A stretch of 64,000 nt of DNA from assembly GCA_033852155.1 (NCBI GenBank), contig JAWSVA010000006.1, positions 16,843 to 80,842 on the forward strand, read 5' to 3'. The notes beneath the pieces are model-generated. The model was not told the origin of the DNA. It did no database searches and saw only the letters and a list, made by a program, of their open reading frames with translations. Positions 45,541-56,785 of this stretch are shown piece by piece. Source of the DNA: Gammaproteobacteria bacterium. Lineage in GTDB: Bacteria > Pseudomonadota > Gammaproteobacteria > QZLD01. Position numbers and translations under genes: made by a program. Every line of letters begins with the position of its first letter. Within the stretch, counting starts at the first letter, position 1.

Positions 45541-48500
45541 ATGGAGACACAAATGAAAAAGTTACTTATTGGATTAATAAAAGTTTTTGTATTGTCAGTT
45601 GGTTTTGTGGCAACAGCATCAGCTGCTGAAAATGTAGCTCTGTTTTTTAATACGTCTTATGTTGATTCTTCAGGAACAAGTTCTAGTTCAGAACCTTACA
45701 ACCTAAAATTATCACTTGAAAGCTTTGGGCATACAGTAACAACTTTTACCGGGATAACAGCAGCTGAAGTTACTACAGCTTTAATTGGTAAATCAATTTT
45801 AGCTATGCCAGAAATGGAATCTGGTGATCTCAATGCAGCCATGGCAGCAGATGCCAAGCAGGTGATCAATGACTGGGTAACTGCTGGTGGGATATTGCTT
45901 GTAAATAATGATGGCAGTAATCAAGGTGGGAGTGTAATAAACGGCATATTTGGGGGGTGGTCTTTGCAGGGAGGGCAATCTTTATCGGATGGAACCCTCT
46001 TTCCTAAACAATCAGATACAACTGGTACCTTGTTTGAAAGTGGTCCAGCATCAATTCCAGGGTATAGTTTGACGTTGCCTTTATTGGTTAGCTCTCTTCC
46101 TAGTGGAGCGTTAAACCTCTATGGTGATGGAGCTAATGAAACAGTACTCTTCTATAAAAGCGAAGGGTATGGAGCGGTTTATTTCTTTGCTTGGGATTGG
46201 TATAACGCAGCCCCAAATGGAGCAGAAAATGGTGGTTGGTTAAATGTTCTTGAAGTAGCGACAACTCCTCCAGTTGTAAAGATTAGTGAAATATCAGGTG
46301 ATGTTACTGAGTCAGGTGGTGCAGCAACTTTTACTGCTGTTTTATTAGAGGCGCCTACTGCAAATGTAATCTTTTCACTAACCTCTTCTGATACAACAGA
46401 AGGAACCATATCTGCAAGCTCAGCTACATTCACTGCAGCAAACTGGAATGTGCCACAAACATTTACAGTTACTGGTGTGGATGATGCGCTAGATGATGAT
46501 GATATCCAGTTTCAGATAATAACAGGTAGTACAACAAGTGCTGATGCTGATTTTAATAATCAATTGCCCAGAAATATTGTTGTTACTTGCATCGATAATG
46601 AAACTCCGCCAACGATTACTTCAAATGGTGGTGGAGCAACAGCTGCAATAGATGTTGCAGAAAATCAAACTGCTGTTACGACAGTAACGGCTATAGATCC
46701 TGAGCAAACGCCTACTTTTTCAATAACTGGCGGAGCTGATTTAGCTTCATTCTCTATAGATGAGAACAGTGGTGTTTTAACTTTCGATAGTGCGCCAGAT
46801 TATGAGACAAAAACAAGTTATGTGGTTGAGATAACAGCTAGCGATGGGAATTTAACTGATACACAAACCATTACGGTTACGGTTACGGATGTAGATGATA
46901 ATAACCCAGTTATAACATCAAATGGTGGTGGTGCAACAGCGGTAATAAACGCTGCAGAAAATCAAACTGCGGTAACCACCGTTACTTCTACTGATGCTGA
47001 TGCAATAAGTACAGTAACATACAGTTTAACTGGTGGTGCAGACCAGGCATCATTTAGTATAGTTGGTGCTACAGGGGTGTTAACATTCCAGAGTGCCCCA
47101 GATAGAGAGGCGCAATCAACGTATGTTGTTGAAGTGACGGCTAGTGATACCACAAATACAGATGTTCAAGCTATTACGGTAACAATAACCGATGTTAATG
47201 ATAATATCCCTGTTATTACTTCTAATGGCGGTGGTGCTACAGCAGCAATAAATGCAGCAGAAAATCAAACAGCGGTTACAACCGTAGTTGCTATAGATGC
47301 AGATGCAACCAGTACAGTAACCTACTCAATTAGTGGTGGAGCAGATCAAGCTTCCTTCGGCATCATCGGTGCCACAGGAGTATTAACCTTTAATAGTGCC
47401 CCAGACAGAGAAGTTAAATCAAGTTACGTAGTTGAAGTAACCGCAAGTGATACCACAAATACAGATGTTCAAACTATTACGGTAACAATAACAGATGTTA
47501 ATGATAATACCCCTGTTATTACCTCTAATGGCGGTGGAGCGACAGCCGCAATAGATGCTGCAGAAAATCAAACAACGGTAACCACGGTTACTGCTACTGA
47601 TGCCGATTCAACTAGTACAGTAACTTATAGTATTTCAGGCGGGGCAGATCAGGCTTCATTTGGCATAGTTGGCGCTACTGGAGTATTAACTTTTAATAGT
47701 GCACCAGACCGGGAAGTTAAATCAAGCTACGTGGTTGAAGTAGCCGCAAGTGATACTACAAATACAGATGTTCAAACTATTACGGTAACAATAACAGATG
47801 TTAATGATAATACCCCGGTAATTACCAGTGCCGCGATAACTTCTGCTGTGGAAGAAGTGGCATATAGTTATACGATTACTGCAACTGATGTAGATCAAGC
47901 AACCACGCTAACCTTTAGCGCTATAACTAAACCGACATGGTTGTCTGTTAATAGTGTATCGGGTGAGGTTTCAGGGACTCCTCCAGCCTCTGCCGTTGAT
48001 GATCATGCTATTGTTGTACGAGTAAGCGATAGCATTAATCAAATTGATCATAGCTATACATTAACTGTATTGGCAGATTTGGATGGTGACGGCACCCCAG
48101 ATACAACAGATACAGATATTGATGGGGATGGAATGCCTAATGACTTTGAAAATACACATGGTCTAGATCCAAGAGATGATTCTGATGCTGCTACAGATCT
48201 TGATGGTGACGGATTAAGTAATCTTGATGAATATACGGCAAGTAAAAATCCAACTCAGGATGATGTTGTTCCTGTAGTAACAGCCCCTGCAGATCTTGAA
48301 ATAAATTCAGAAGAACTGTTTACCCAGGTTGATCTTGGTACAGCTACTGCTATTGATGCTCTTGATGGGAATCTTGTACCAACAGCTAGCCAAACAGGTA
48401 GATTTGAGCCGGGAACACATACAGTAACCTGGAGTGCTACTGATGCTGCTGGTAATACCGGGCAGGCTACTCAAACAGTAAAGGTAAAGCCTTTAGTTGA

Positions 48501-50511
48501 TTTTAGTAAAGATCAGATTGTTGGAGAAGATGGAGGACCAACTGTAGTTATCGGCGTATATCTAAATGGCATAGCTGCTGATTATCCTGTACAAATACCT
48601 TATACGATAAGTGGAACAGCGACTAATCCAGAAGATCATGATCTTTCATCTGGTACAGTAACAATTGCCAGTGGTACCTCAGCTACAATTAGCTTTGATG
48701 TAATTGATGATGGTCTTGGTGATAATGGTGAAACAGTAATTTTAACTATGGGTAGCATTACAAATGGTGTGGCCGGTGTAAGGAATACACATACAGTAAT
48801 CATTACTGAGGTTAATGTGGCACCGGTTGTAAGCTTAGGTGCTGTGCAAGATAGTGAGGCTGTAACTTCGGTTGTTGAAGGAAATGGCAACGTTGCTGTT
48901 ACAGCAACGGTGACTGATCCAAATCAGCAGGATTCTCATACTTATGATTGGTCAGCTACTAATAGTTCGCTGGTAGATTCTGATTCAGCAGATGCCACAT
49001 TTACATTTGACCCTTCAGGGCTTGATGCTGGTGTTTACAATATTGTGCTTACTGTTTCTGATGATGCTCAGTCACCTCTGAATAATACGGTATCTATGAA
49101 AATTTTAGTGATGGATTCAGAACCAAATCTAAGTGGTTCTGTGGATACAGATGGTGATGGACAAAGTGATCTTGCTGAAGGTTATGATGATGCTGATGGT
49201 GACGGGGTGCCAGCATACTTAGATGCAAATGACGCGCCTAATGTGTTACCAGAACTATCAGCAACAGGAGATAGCTTCCTTATCGAAACCAATCCTGGAC
49301 TTAATATAGGGCTTGGTGAGGTTGCTTTGCAAACAGGTGATTTTGCTGCAGAGGTAGGTAACTCTGATATTGTAACATTTGCCGAAGTTCCAGAGGATGA
49401 GGTTGCAAACGTAGGTGGCTATTTTGATTTTGTTATTGAAGGGCTTCTTGTGGCAGGACAATCTGTACAGATAGTTATTCCTCAGCAAGCCCAAATTCCT
49501 CAGATGCCTGTTTACAGAAAATTGATTTCTGGAAGTTGGATTACCTTTGTAGAAGATGCGAATAACTCTATTGCATCTGCTCCAGGGGCAGAAGGGTTTT
49601 GCCCCCCTCCTGGTGACTCTGCATATGAGGCTGGATTGACGCCAGAATATTGGTGTGTTCAATTAACTATTGAAGATGGTGGACCAAATGATGCTGATGG
49701 AACTGTTAATCAGGTTGTTGAAGATCCTGGTGGCATAGCTGCATTGGAAAATCATGATGTAACCGTCGAAGGTGGTGGTGGGGGATCAGTCGACCCAAAA
49801 CTACTTGCCTTTGCTGTATTCCTGTTTGGATTGGTTGCTGTGCGTAGGTATGCAAAAAGCAAAAAGCTTTCTGGATATACCCCTGTATCAATGGTGTTTG
49901 TAGTTATTGTTGCGTTTGGATCATTTTCTCCAAGCGCTAATGCCGTTAGTCAAAACTTTGAAATTGGCTTTAACCTTGGAATAGCCGATGGCGATGAGTC
50001 AATGTCAAAATTTAATAATGAGTTGGAATCAAATGGTGTTAACGCAACGGTTGTTCAAAGCGATGACGGGGAAAGGACTGCATACAACTTTTATGTTGGA
50101 TATCAGTATTATCCAAAATTATGGGTCCAACTTGAATATCTTGATCTAGGGGATATATCAACCAAAATTAACGGCAATACCGCTGACTTAGATGTGTTTT
50201 TAACGTCTGTTGAAAGAGCGCATCCGAGTAGTGCAAAAGGGTTTCTAATAACACAGGCATTTAAATACCCAATAAATGATAGATTTACTGCTACAGCAGC
50301 GCTTGGGGTTTTTCAGTGGAGATCAAAATACAGTATATCTGGTGCAACAGTATCGAAAACATTTAAAGACTCAGGGACAGATTTTTCCTTTGCTGCTGGT
50401 ATCGAAGTAAATATTACCAATGATGTCTATTCAAGTTTCTTTCTAAAAAGAGTTAATTTAGATGGAGAAGGGATAAATACTTATAGTGCAGGGGTTGGTT
50501 ATCGATTTTAA
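45541..50511 (+). CDS. Large surface/adhesin-like protein: cadherin repeats, Calx-beta-like, Ig and HYR domains, DxDxDG Ca-binding repeats, internal GlyGly-CTERM and C-terminal OMP beta-barrel
   Basis: Signal peptide; four ~100-aa PVITSNGGG..AENQTAV..APDRE..DVND repeats; IEDGGPNDADG..VEDPGG; GGGGGS-TM-RR; ends in GVGYRF. Confidence 0.88.
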   Translation: METQMKKLLIGLIKVFVLSVGFVATASAAENVALFFNTSYVDSSGTSSSSEPYNLKLSLESFGHTVTTFTGITAAEVTTALIGKSILAMPEMESGDLNAAMAADAKQVINDWVTAGGILLVNNDGSNQGGSVINGIFGGWSLQGGQSLSDGTLFPKQSDTTGTLFESGPASIPGYSLTLPLLVSSLPSGALNLYGDGANETVLFYKSEGYGAVYFFAWDWYNAAPNGAENGGWLNVLEVATTPPVVKISEISGDVTESGGAATFTAVLLEAPTANVIFSLTSSDTTEGTISASSATFTAANWNVPQTFTVTGVDDALDDDDIQFQIITGSTTSADADFNNQLPRNIVVTCIDNETPPTITSNGGGATAAIDVAENQTAVTTVTAIDPEQTPTFSITGGADLASFSIDENSGVLTFDSAPDYETKTSYVVEITASDGNLTDTQTITVTVTDVDDNNPVITSNGGGATAVINAAENQTAVTTVTSTDADAISTVTYSLTGGADQASFSIVGATGVLTFQSAPDREAQSTYVVEVTASDTTNTDVQAITVTITDVNDNIPVITSNGGGATAAINAAENQTAVTTVVAIDADATSTVTYSISGGADQASFGIIGATGVLTFNSAPDREVKSSYVVEVTASDTTNTDVQTITVTITDVNDNTPVITSNGGGATAAIDAAENQTTVTTVTATDADSTSTVTYSISGGADQASFGIVGATGVLTFNSAPDREVKSSYVVEVAASDTTNTDVQTITVTITDVNDNTPVITSAAITSAVEEVAYSYTITATDVDQATTLTFSAITKPTWLSVNSVSGEVSGTPPASAVDDHAIVVRVSDSINQIDHSYTLTVLADLDGDGTPDTTDTDIDGDGMPNDFENTHGLDPRDDSDAATDLDGDGLSNLDEYTASKNPTQDDVVPVVTAPADLEINSEELFTQVDLGTATAIDALDGNLVPTASQTGRFEPGTHTVTWSATDAAGNTGQATQTVKVKPLVDFSKDQIVGEDGGPTVVIGVYLNGIAADYPVQIPYTISGTATNPEDHDLSSGTVTIASGTSATISFDVIDDGLGDNGETVILTMGSITNGVAGVRNTHTVIITEVNVAPVVSLGAVQDSEAVTSVVEGNGNVAVTATVTDPNQQDSHTYDWSATNSSLVDSDSADATFTFDPSGLDAGVYNIVLTVSDDAQSPLNNTVSMKILVMDSEPNLSGSVDTDGDGQSDLAEGYDDADGDGVPAYLDANDAPNVLPELSATGDSFLIETNPGLNIGLGEVALQTGDFAAEVGNSDIVTFAEVPEDEVANVGGYFDFVIEGLLVAGQSVQIVIPQQAQIPQMPVYRKLISGSWITFVEDANNSIASAPGAEGFCPPPGDSAYEAGLTPEYWCVQLTIEDGGPNDADGTVNQVVEDPGGIAALENHDVTVEGGGGGSVDPKLLAFAVFLFGLVAVRRYAKSKKLSGYTPVSMVFVVIVAFGSFSPSANAVSQNFEIGFNLGIADGDESMSKFNNELESNGVNATVVQSDDGERTAYNFYVGYQYYPKLWVQLEYLDLGDISTKINGNTADLDVFLTSVERAHPSSAKGFLITQAFKYPINDRFTATAALGVFQWRSKYSISGATVSKTFKDSGTDFSFAAGIEVNITNDVYSSFFLKRVNLDGEGINTYSAGVGYRF

Positions 50512-50671
50512 CTGTAGTTAAAAAGTTTGTGCGCAAAAAGCCAATTATTAAATTGGCTTTTTGCGTTTATAATGCTGGTGTATATTTCACCCTTAAAATA
50601 TAAATATAGAGACTCAAGAATGTTTTCCATATACTTTAGACCCAATTTATTGATGCGGTGTAGGTAAAATC

Positions 50672-52672
50672 TTGAGAAAGCTAAATCCAAAACAGGCTGA
50701 GGCAGTTAAAAATATTAGCCATCCTCTGCTGGTATTGGCTGGTGCTGGAAGTGGTAAAACAAGTGTTATTACCGAGAAGATAGCCTATCTAATTCAAAAG
50801 TGTGAATACAAACCTGCCAATATTCTTGCTGTAACCTTTACTAATAAAGCTGCGCGTGAGATGCGGGAGCGAATAACCAAAACGCTTGGTGAAGATCAGG
50901 TGTCGGGGTTAAACGTATCGACATTTCACACTCTAGGGCTAAAAATAATTCACGCAGAATTAAAAAACTTACCTTATCAACGTGGTTTCACCATTTATGA
51001 TTCTGAAGACAGTATCAGCTTGATGAAAGAGGTGTTGCGTATTGAGAAGGTCTCTCCAGATTTTGCTGATCAGTTTCGCTGGCAGATATCCGCTTGGAAA
51101 AATGCTCTTATCTCACATGAAGATGCTGCTGAGAAAGCGCAAAATGATCTACAGTTTCAAGCAGCAAGAATCTACAAAGCATATGATGACTACCTAAAAG
51201 TTTATAATGCTGTTGATTTTGATGACTTGATAGTGGTTCCGGTAAATCTATTCAGGCAAAATCAAGAATCACTTGATCGTTGGCAAAATAAGACACGCTA
51301 TCTATTGGTGGATGAATATCAAGATACCAATGCCTGCCAGTATATGCTGGTTAAACAGTTGGTTGGTGTTAGAAATGCGTTTACCGTTGTTGGTGATGAT
51401 GATCAGTCAATCTATGCATGGAGGGGGGCTCAGCCAGAGAATTTACGTTTATTGGTTAGTGACTATCCGACTCTTGAGGTGGTTAAGCTTGAACAAAATT
51501 ATCGTTCATTAGGAAGAATCCTCAAGGTGGCTAACCATATTATTGCAAACAATGAGCATATTTTCGAGAAGAAACTGTGGAGCGATAAAGGGTTCGGAGA
51601 CCCGCTAAAAGTGATAGCTTGTGATGACCCTAATCAAGAAGCAGAGAGAGTTATCACGGAAATACTGCATAAGAAGTTTATTGAGAAGGCTAGCTTTAAT
51701 GATTTTGCTGTTCTATTTCGCGGAAATCATCAAGTAAGAACATTTGAAAAAGCTCTGCGAGCACACCGTATTCCATATAAGGTAAGTGGTAGTTTCTCTT
51801 TTTTTTCACTCGCCGAGGTTAAGGATCTGATGTGCTATATGCGTCTGGTAGTGAACCCAAATGATGATGCTGCATTTTTGCGTGTGATAAATACACCCAG
51901 GCGTGAGATTGGAGCCAAAACAGTTGGGATACTGCGTGATTTTGCCCAAGAAAATAAGTCTAGTTTGCATGGTGCAATTATTGATCATGATGTTAGTGAA
52001 GCTTTACCTGCTCGGTCAGCATTGCGAATTAAAGAGTTTGCACAGTGGCTCAAAGATATTAGTACCCGTTCTCAGGTTGAAAAAGGGGATAAAATACTGC
52101 GTGATATTATCCGTGACGTAGGTTATGAAAGTTATCTAACAGATAGTTGTAAAGATATTATTAGTGCCAGGAAACGGATGGGAAATATTAGCGATCTGAT
52201 TGAATGGGTTCAGAATATTGAAGGGGAGAATGGGGAGAAGACCTTAGATCATCAGATAGCCCGCTTGAGCCTATTAGATCTATTGGAAAGAAATGAGGAT
52301 GAAGATGATATTGAAAGTGTGCAGCTTATAACCCTGCATTCATCCAAAGGACTAGAGTTTCCTCATGTATATATGGTGGGAATGGAAGAGGATTTGCTGC
52401 CGCATAAGTCAAGCATGGACGATGATGGAATTGAAGAGGAGCGTCGTTTAGCCTATGTGGGTATAACGCGCGCGCAAAAAACACTTACCATGACATTTAG
52501 CCGCAGGCGCAGGGTTGGAGCTGAAATAGTGGAGAGGAAGCCCAGTAGGTTCCTGCTTGAAATGCCGCAGGATGAGTTGGAGTGGGAAGGGTATAATGAA
52601 GATAAAGACCCGCAAAAAACTCGTGATAGGGGGAAGGCACATTTGGCTAATCTGCGTGGAATGCTTGGTTAA
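50672..52672 (+). CDS. rep: ATP-dependent DNA helicase Rep
   Basis: LAGAGSGKT, AVTFTNKAAREM, LVDEYQDTN, LEQNYRS, EEERRLAYVGITRAQ; Rep-like length and C-terminus. Confidence 0.93.
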   Translation: MRKLNPKQAEAVKNISHPLLVLAGAGSGKTSVITEKIAYLIQKCEYKPANILAVTFTNKAAREMRERITKTLGEDQVSGLNVSTFHTLGLKIIHAELKNLPYQRGFTIYDSEDSISLMKEVLRIEKVSPDFADQFRWQISAWKNALISHEDAAEKAQNDLQFQAARIYKAYDDYLKVYNAVDFDDLIVVPVNLFRQNQESLDRWQNKTRYLLVDEYQDTNACQYMLVKQLVGVRNAFTVVGDDDQSIYAWRGAQPENLRLLVSDYPTLEVVKLEQNYRSLGRILKVANHIIANNEHIFEKKLWSDKGFGDPLKVIACDDPNQEAERVITEILHKKFIEKASFNDFAVLFRGNHQVRTFEKALRAHRIPYKVSGSFSFFSLAEVKDLMCYMRLVVNPNDDAAFLRVINTPRREIGAKTVGILRDFAQENKSSLHGAIIDHDVSEALPARSALRIKEFAQWLKDISTRSQVEKGDKILRDIIRDVGYESYLTDSCKDIISARKRMGNISDLIEWVQNIEGENGEKTLDHQIARLSLLDLLERNEDEDDIESVQLITLHSSKGLEFPHVYMVGMEEDLLPHKSSMDDDGIEEERRLAYVGITRAQKTLTMTFSRRRRVGAEIVERKPSRFLLEMPQDELEWEGYNEDKDPQKTRDRGKAHLANLRGMLG

Positions 52673-52746
52673 AATTAGATTGACATGCATTGGGAAAAAA
52701 GTATAAATTTAATTTTTTACAGGCTTCTTTTTGTGGGACTATAGCA

Positions 52747-53544
52747 TTGAAAGAAAAGATCAAACTCCATGGGTTTAACAACCTTACAAAAACTCTAAGT
52801 TTTAATATTTACGATGTTTGCTATGCAGATACTGCTGAGCAGAGACAGGCATATATTGAATATATCGATGAAGAGTATAATTCTGAGCGATTGAAACAGA
52901 TTTTGACTGAAGTTGCCAATATCATTGAGGCTAATATCCTCAGTGTATCACATCAAGATTACGATCCTCAGGGGGCAAGTGTTACAGTCCTTATTGCGGA
53001 AAATGAAGTTATTGATGGGACGTTAGAAGATATCTCTTCTGAAACGCCAGGGCCGCTTCCAGATACTGTTTTAGCTCATCTTGATAAAAGCCACTTAACA
53101 GTGCATACATACCCAGAAACTCATCCAGATAAAGGTGTAAGTACATTTAGAGTGGATATAGATGTTTCTACATGCGGAGTGATATCTCCTCTTAAAGCAC
53201 TTAATTATCTAATCCACTCTTTTGATTCTGATATCGTAACACTCGATTACAGAGTCAGGGGATTTACCCGTGATATATATGGAAAAAAGCACTTTAAAGA
53301 TCATGATATTACCTCGATTCAAAGCTACTTGAGTGATGATACAATTCAAGGATATCAGATGATTGATGTTAATGTTTATCAAGAAAATGTTTTTCATACC
53401 AAAATGATGCTGAAAGAATTAGACCTTCAGAATTATCTTTTTAATCAATCCCTGCAAAATATAACTGCAGAAAAGCAGCTTGAGATCAGACAGCAGATTG
53501 AGAATGAGATGTTGGAGATTTTCTATGGAAAGAACTTTAACTAG
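52747..53544 (+). CDS. speD: S-adenosylmethionine decarboxylase proenzyme
   Basis: [16 protein letters not shown] self-cleavage site, HTYPE, STCG; TTG 52747 preferred over the ORF-track start at 52690. Confidence 0.96.
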   Translation: MKEKIKLHGFNNLTKTLSFNIYDVCYADTAEQRQAYIEYIDEEYNSERLKQILTEVANIIEANILSVSHQDYDPQGASVTVLIAENEVIDGTLEDISSETPGPLPDTVLAHLDKSHLTVHTYPETHPDKGVSTFRVDIDVSTCGVISPLKALNYLIHSFDSDIVTLDYRVRGFTRDIYGKKHFKDHDITSIQSYLSDDTIQGYQMIDVNVYQENVFHTKMMLKELDLQNYLFNQSLQNITAEKQLEIRQQIENEMLEIFYGKNFN

Positions 53545-53709
53545 CATCCAAATAATATCGGCTACTATCGTTATAGAAAACTAAGCAAAATATAGGCTGC
53601 TTTTAAGCGTGGGCGAATAGGCGGTAATGTGAGTTTTTGGTTGAAGTGACTTAAGTGGATAACTTAACTATAGTTAAGTTAGTAAAATTATTATCTTTGA
53701 AGAGTTATT

Positions 53710-54048
53710 ATGAAGTATTTCGTCTCATTAATTATCCTGTTTGCGGCCATAATTTCAGTATTGGCTGCAATGATTAATTTTCCCCAGTCAGTGTCGGGTT
53801 TGCAGCGCCTTAAAAATGATATCAAAGCACTGCCTGAGCAGATATCTACAGATACAAAAGATGCCGGTAATGATTTAAAGAATAGCGTTAAAAAATGGGT
53901 GGATGAGTCAGGAGTGGTTAACTATACCGACCCTAAATATATACCTAGTGCCGTAAAAACAGAAAATGTAGATACAGCTGTTGCTGCAGAGATTCCAGGT
54001 AAGAATGTTGATTATGATACTGGAGTGACAAAACTAAAGGTTAAATAG
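53710..54048 (+). CDS. Small membrane-anchored DUF4124-like protein
   Basis: N-terminal TM; KWVDESGVVNYTD motif. Confidence 0.65.
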   Translation: MKYFVSLIILFAAIISVLAAMINFPQSVSGLQRLKNDIKALPEQISTDTKDAGNDLKNSVKKWVDESGVVNYTDPKYIPSAVKTENVDTAVAAEIPGKNVDYDTGVTKLKVK

Positions 54049-54496
54049 GCTCTTATTCTCATCCGTTCTACAGGTCTGTGTAATAAGAAAATTTCGTTCA
54101 CTATTGACCACCTTTTTTATAACTCTTTGTGACAAGCTGTGTTGTGAAATTTATAGCTGCTTTTGAAGCGCTGCTATTTAGTGGTTGTGTGTTTGCGTAA
54201 TGCGCTGATTTTTATGTTGAAAAGTCATTTTTAATCTTATAAATGTATTTGCTGATGGCTGGGTGTATTAGACTAAAGTCTAATTGTTAAGGTTTATTAA
54301 TATTGATAATCTTTAATGATCAACATCGATACTCTGATTCAAATCTGCATAACAGTAAAGTTTCAGAGTAAGTTGTTAAATATGGCTACATATTGACACA
54401 ACACTTTGACCAATCGTCAAAATATGCAATTGATTGGAACCCAGGCTAGCGGGGGTGTTTAGCCTGGGTAAATTTTCCTCACATTCTTTAATGTAT

Positions 54497-55759
54497 CTAA
54501 CTTTCTATATATTCAATCTGCTGTGCCAATATTTCTATTGGATGCTTTACTTTAATTGTAGATCCATGGCCAGCCAGTCCGGCCTGCATATGCAGTGCGC
54601 AGCCAATATTTGATGAAGCAACAATATTTGGCTGAATATTAGATATGTCATCAAGTTTTATCTGCAATAACTCAGATGCAATATCTGGGTGATTAAGCAT
54701 ATATGTTCCTGCAGCACCGCAACATGTGTCATTGCTTGGGATATCAATAATATCGAGTTCAGGAATCATTCCAAGAATCTCTTTGGTAGAATCAAGGTCT
54801 TTAAGAATATTTCTTTGTGAACACGGTATATGCAGGGCGACTTTTTCAGGTAGTGGGTTTATTCGAACATTATTTGGGAGTTTGCACTTGGTTAGAAATG
54901 CACATATCTCTTGTACTCTGGATGTGAATTTAGAAGTTGAGTTTGCATCCTCTTCATCTGGTAGATACTCCTGCAGGTGAGCTCCACACCCAGTGGCTAC
55001 GTATACAATTGGGGTGTCAGCTTCACCAAATGCATCGATGTTTTTGTATTTACACTTGTCTGCTCCATCAATATCTCCATTATGAGATGATATTGCTCCA
55101 CAGCACCCTTGTTGTTTGGATATATCTACCTGAAATCCGTAGGCGCTTAAAACATCGACAGTTGCTTGAAGCGTTGGAGTATCAACAACTTCAGCTATAC
55201 AGCCACTAAATAGAGATACTTTTGGTGGGCTGTCATGCTTTAAATTTGGGATAGACACAGCTTTTTGCTGAAATGAAGGGAGTATCTTTTCACTTTTATC
55301 TAAATTGAAAATATTAAGTATTTTTGTTTTTTGTGTGAGTTTACGTAGATAGCTAGATTGATAGATGTTTACTAGCTGTCTGGTTAGTGCCAGTGTGTAT
55401 TTTGGTCCGGTTAATAATCCTGTGCCGGCACGTTTAAGAATTCTTTGGAAGAACGGAGTTTTGCTGTCTTGGTTTAATAGAAATTTTGCAGTATCAATCA
55501 TCATACCGTATTCAACTTGCGCAGGGCATGCGGCTTCACAGGCGCGACAGCTAAGGCAATGCTCTAGGCGTTCTTCAAGTTTGTCGCTGAATTCAAGCAT
55601 ATCACCGCAGTAACCCTGCATTAGGGATATTCTCCCTCGTGGTGATTCTGGTTCGATATTAAAAAGCTTATAAGTTGGGCAGTGTGGCAGACATAATCCA
55701 CATTTGACACATTGTTTACTAGCTTTCTTAAGCTGAGTAGTTGCTTTTTCTGGAGTCAT
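54497..55759 (-). CDS. GlcF-like Fe-S oxidoreductase subunit
   Basis: Two CxxCxxCxxxCP motifs, ESPRGRI, two CCG domains. Confidence 0.88.
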   Translation of the reverse strand: MTPEKATTQLKKASKQCVKCGLCLPHCPTYKLFNIEPESPRGRISLMQGYCGDMLEFSDKLEERLEHCLSCRACEAACPAQVEYGMMIDTAKFLLNQDSKTPFFQRILKRAGTGLLTGPKYTLALTRQLVNIYQSSYLRKLTQKTKILNIFNLDKSEKILPSFQQKAVSIPNLKHDSPPKVSLFSGCIAEVVDTPTLQATVDVLSAYGFQVDISKQQGCCGAISSHNGDIDGADKCKYKNIDAFGEADTPIVYVATGCGAHLQEYLPDEEDANSTSKFTSRVQEICAFLTKCKLPNNVRINPLPEKVALHIPCSQRNILKDLDSTKEILGMIPELDIIDIPSNDTCCGAAGTYMLNHPDIASELLQIKLDDISNIQPNIVASSNIGCALHMQAGLAGHGSTIKVKHPIEILAQQIEYIES

Positions 55760-55844
55760 ATTTTGCCTAAATTGTATCTGCCTATTAGTTATTTTACTGA
55801 GTTTTTCAGGATAAACTACCCAGTAGTAATTGAAGCCGGATCTA

Positions 55845-56585
55845 TTATTGTTTAATGCTTCTGGCGCAGGCCCATATCTGTATTTTTTTTACCCCATTTT
55901 GACGGGCAATTTTGGCTAATTCATTTGCAGTTGCAGTTGTCGTGACTACATCATCTATAATCGCTATATGTTCATATCGAATCGGTTTGTTTATTATAAA
56001 TGCATTTTTAAGATTAGATTGGCGTTGGGTAAATTGAAGTTGTGATTGTCTTTTTGTGTTGCCTTTTTTAATGATTAGATCATTTTGTGTAATTATTCCC
56101 AGTTTCTTTCCAAGCTGTTTAGCAATCTCTGTGGCTTGATTAAACCCTCTTTGCCTTAGTTTTGCGGGATTGGTTGGAGTAGGGATTAAGCACTCAGGCA
56201 TTTCGACCTGGTGTAGTATTATCTGCTCATAGATTAGGTCTGCGATAAGAGAGCAGTTACTAATTTTCCTTGAGATCTTCATTTTATGAATCATCCCATC
56301 TAAAGGGGAGCAGAAGTGAAATGGAGCGATCACTTTATCATAATAACGTTTCTCCCTCTGGCATCTGCCACAGATAGACTCTGTAGATGTGATCCCTATA
56401 AGTTCTTCACCACATATTTGGCATGGGTTTAAAACTAGTTTCAGTTCGTTTCTACACTCTTTACAAAGCCTCATATCATTAGGAAGAGTTGGTGTGTTGC
56501 AGTTGTGGCAGATATCAGGATAGAAGGTTTTGCTAATGCTGCTTAAGGTGTGTTTCAGCAGCGCAGAGCTGGATAGCTTGGCCAT
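55845..56585 (-). CDS. comF: ComF/GntX family phosphoribosyltransferase
   Basis: Double zinc ribbon, RGFNQA, IIDDVVTT; divergent from bioB; ATG 56585 has an SD (ORF track starts at 56642). Confidence 0.88.
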   Translation of the reverse strand: MAKLSSSALLKHTLSSISKTFYPDICHNCNTPTLPNDMRLCKECRNELKLVLNPCQICGEELIGITSTESICGRCQREKRYYDKVIAPFHFCSPLDGMIHKMKISRKISNCSLIADLIYEQIILHQVEMPECLIPTPTNPAKLRQRGFNQATEIAKQLGKKLGIITQNDLIIKKGNTKRQSQLQFTQRQSNLKNAFIINKPIRYEHIAIIDDVVTTTATANELAKIARQNGVKKIQIWACARSIKQ

Positions 56586-56678
56586 ATTTTGATCCCCATA
56601 GTGTTTTGCATTTTTAGCTTTATATACAATATTTCCTCTCATTATTAAATAACTGCTGCGGATAGTAAAATTACTATC

Positions 56679-56731
56679 GTCAACTTTTGTTTGAGCGGAA
56701 AAGTTGACAATAGGATTTTTGTAGTTATCCT
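56679..56731 (+). promoter_or_regulatory. BirA biotin operator overlapping the bioB promoter
   Basis: GTCAACTTTT-N10-AAAAGTTGAC, the same GTxAAC-N18-GTTxAC spacing as E. coli bioO; right arm contains TTGACA, followed by N16-TATCCT. Confidence 0.8.
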
Positions 56732-56785
56732 GCTTGCATATGATTAACTTGCAAGGCTTTGCTTTGCATACGGCTTTATTAACTG

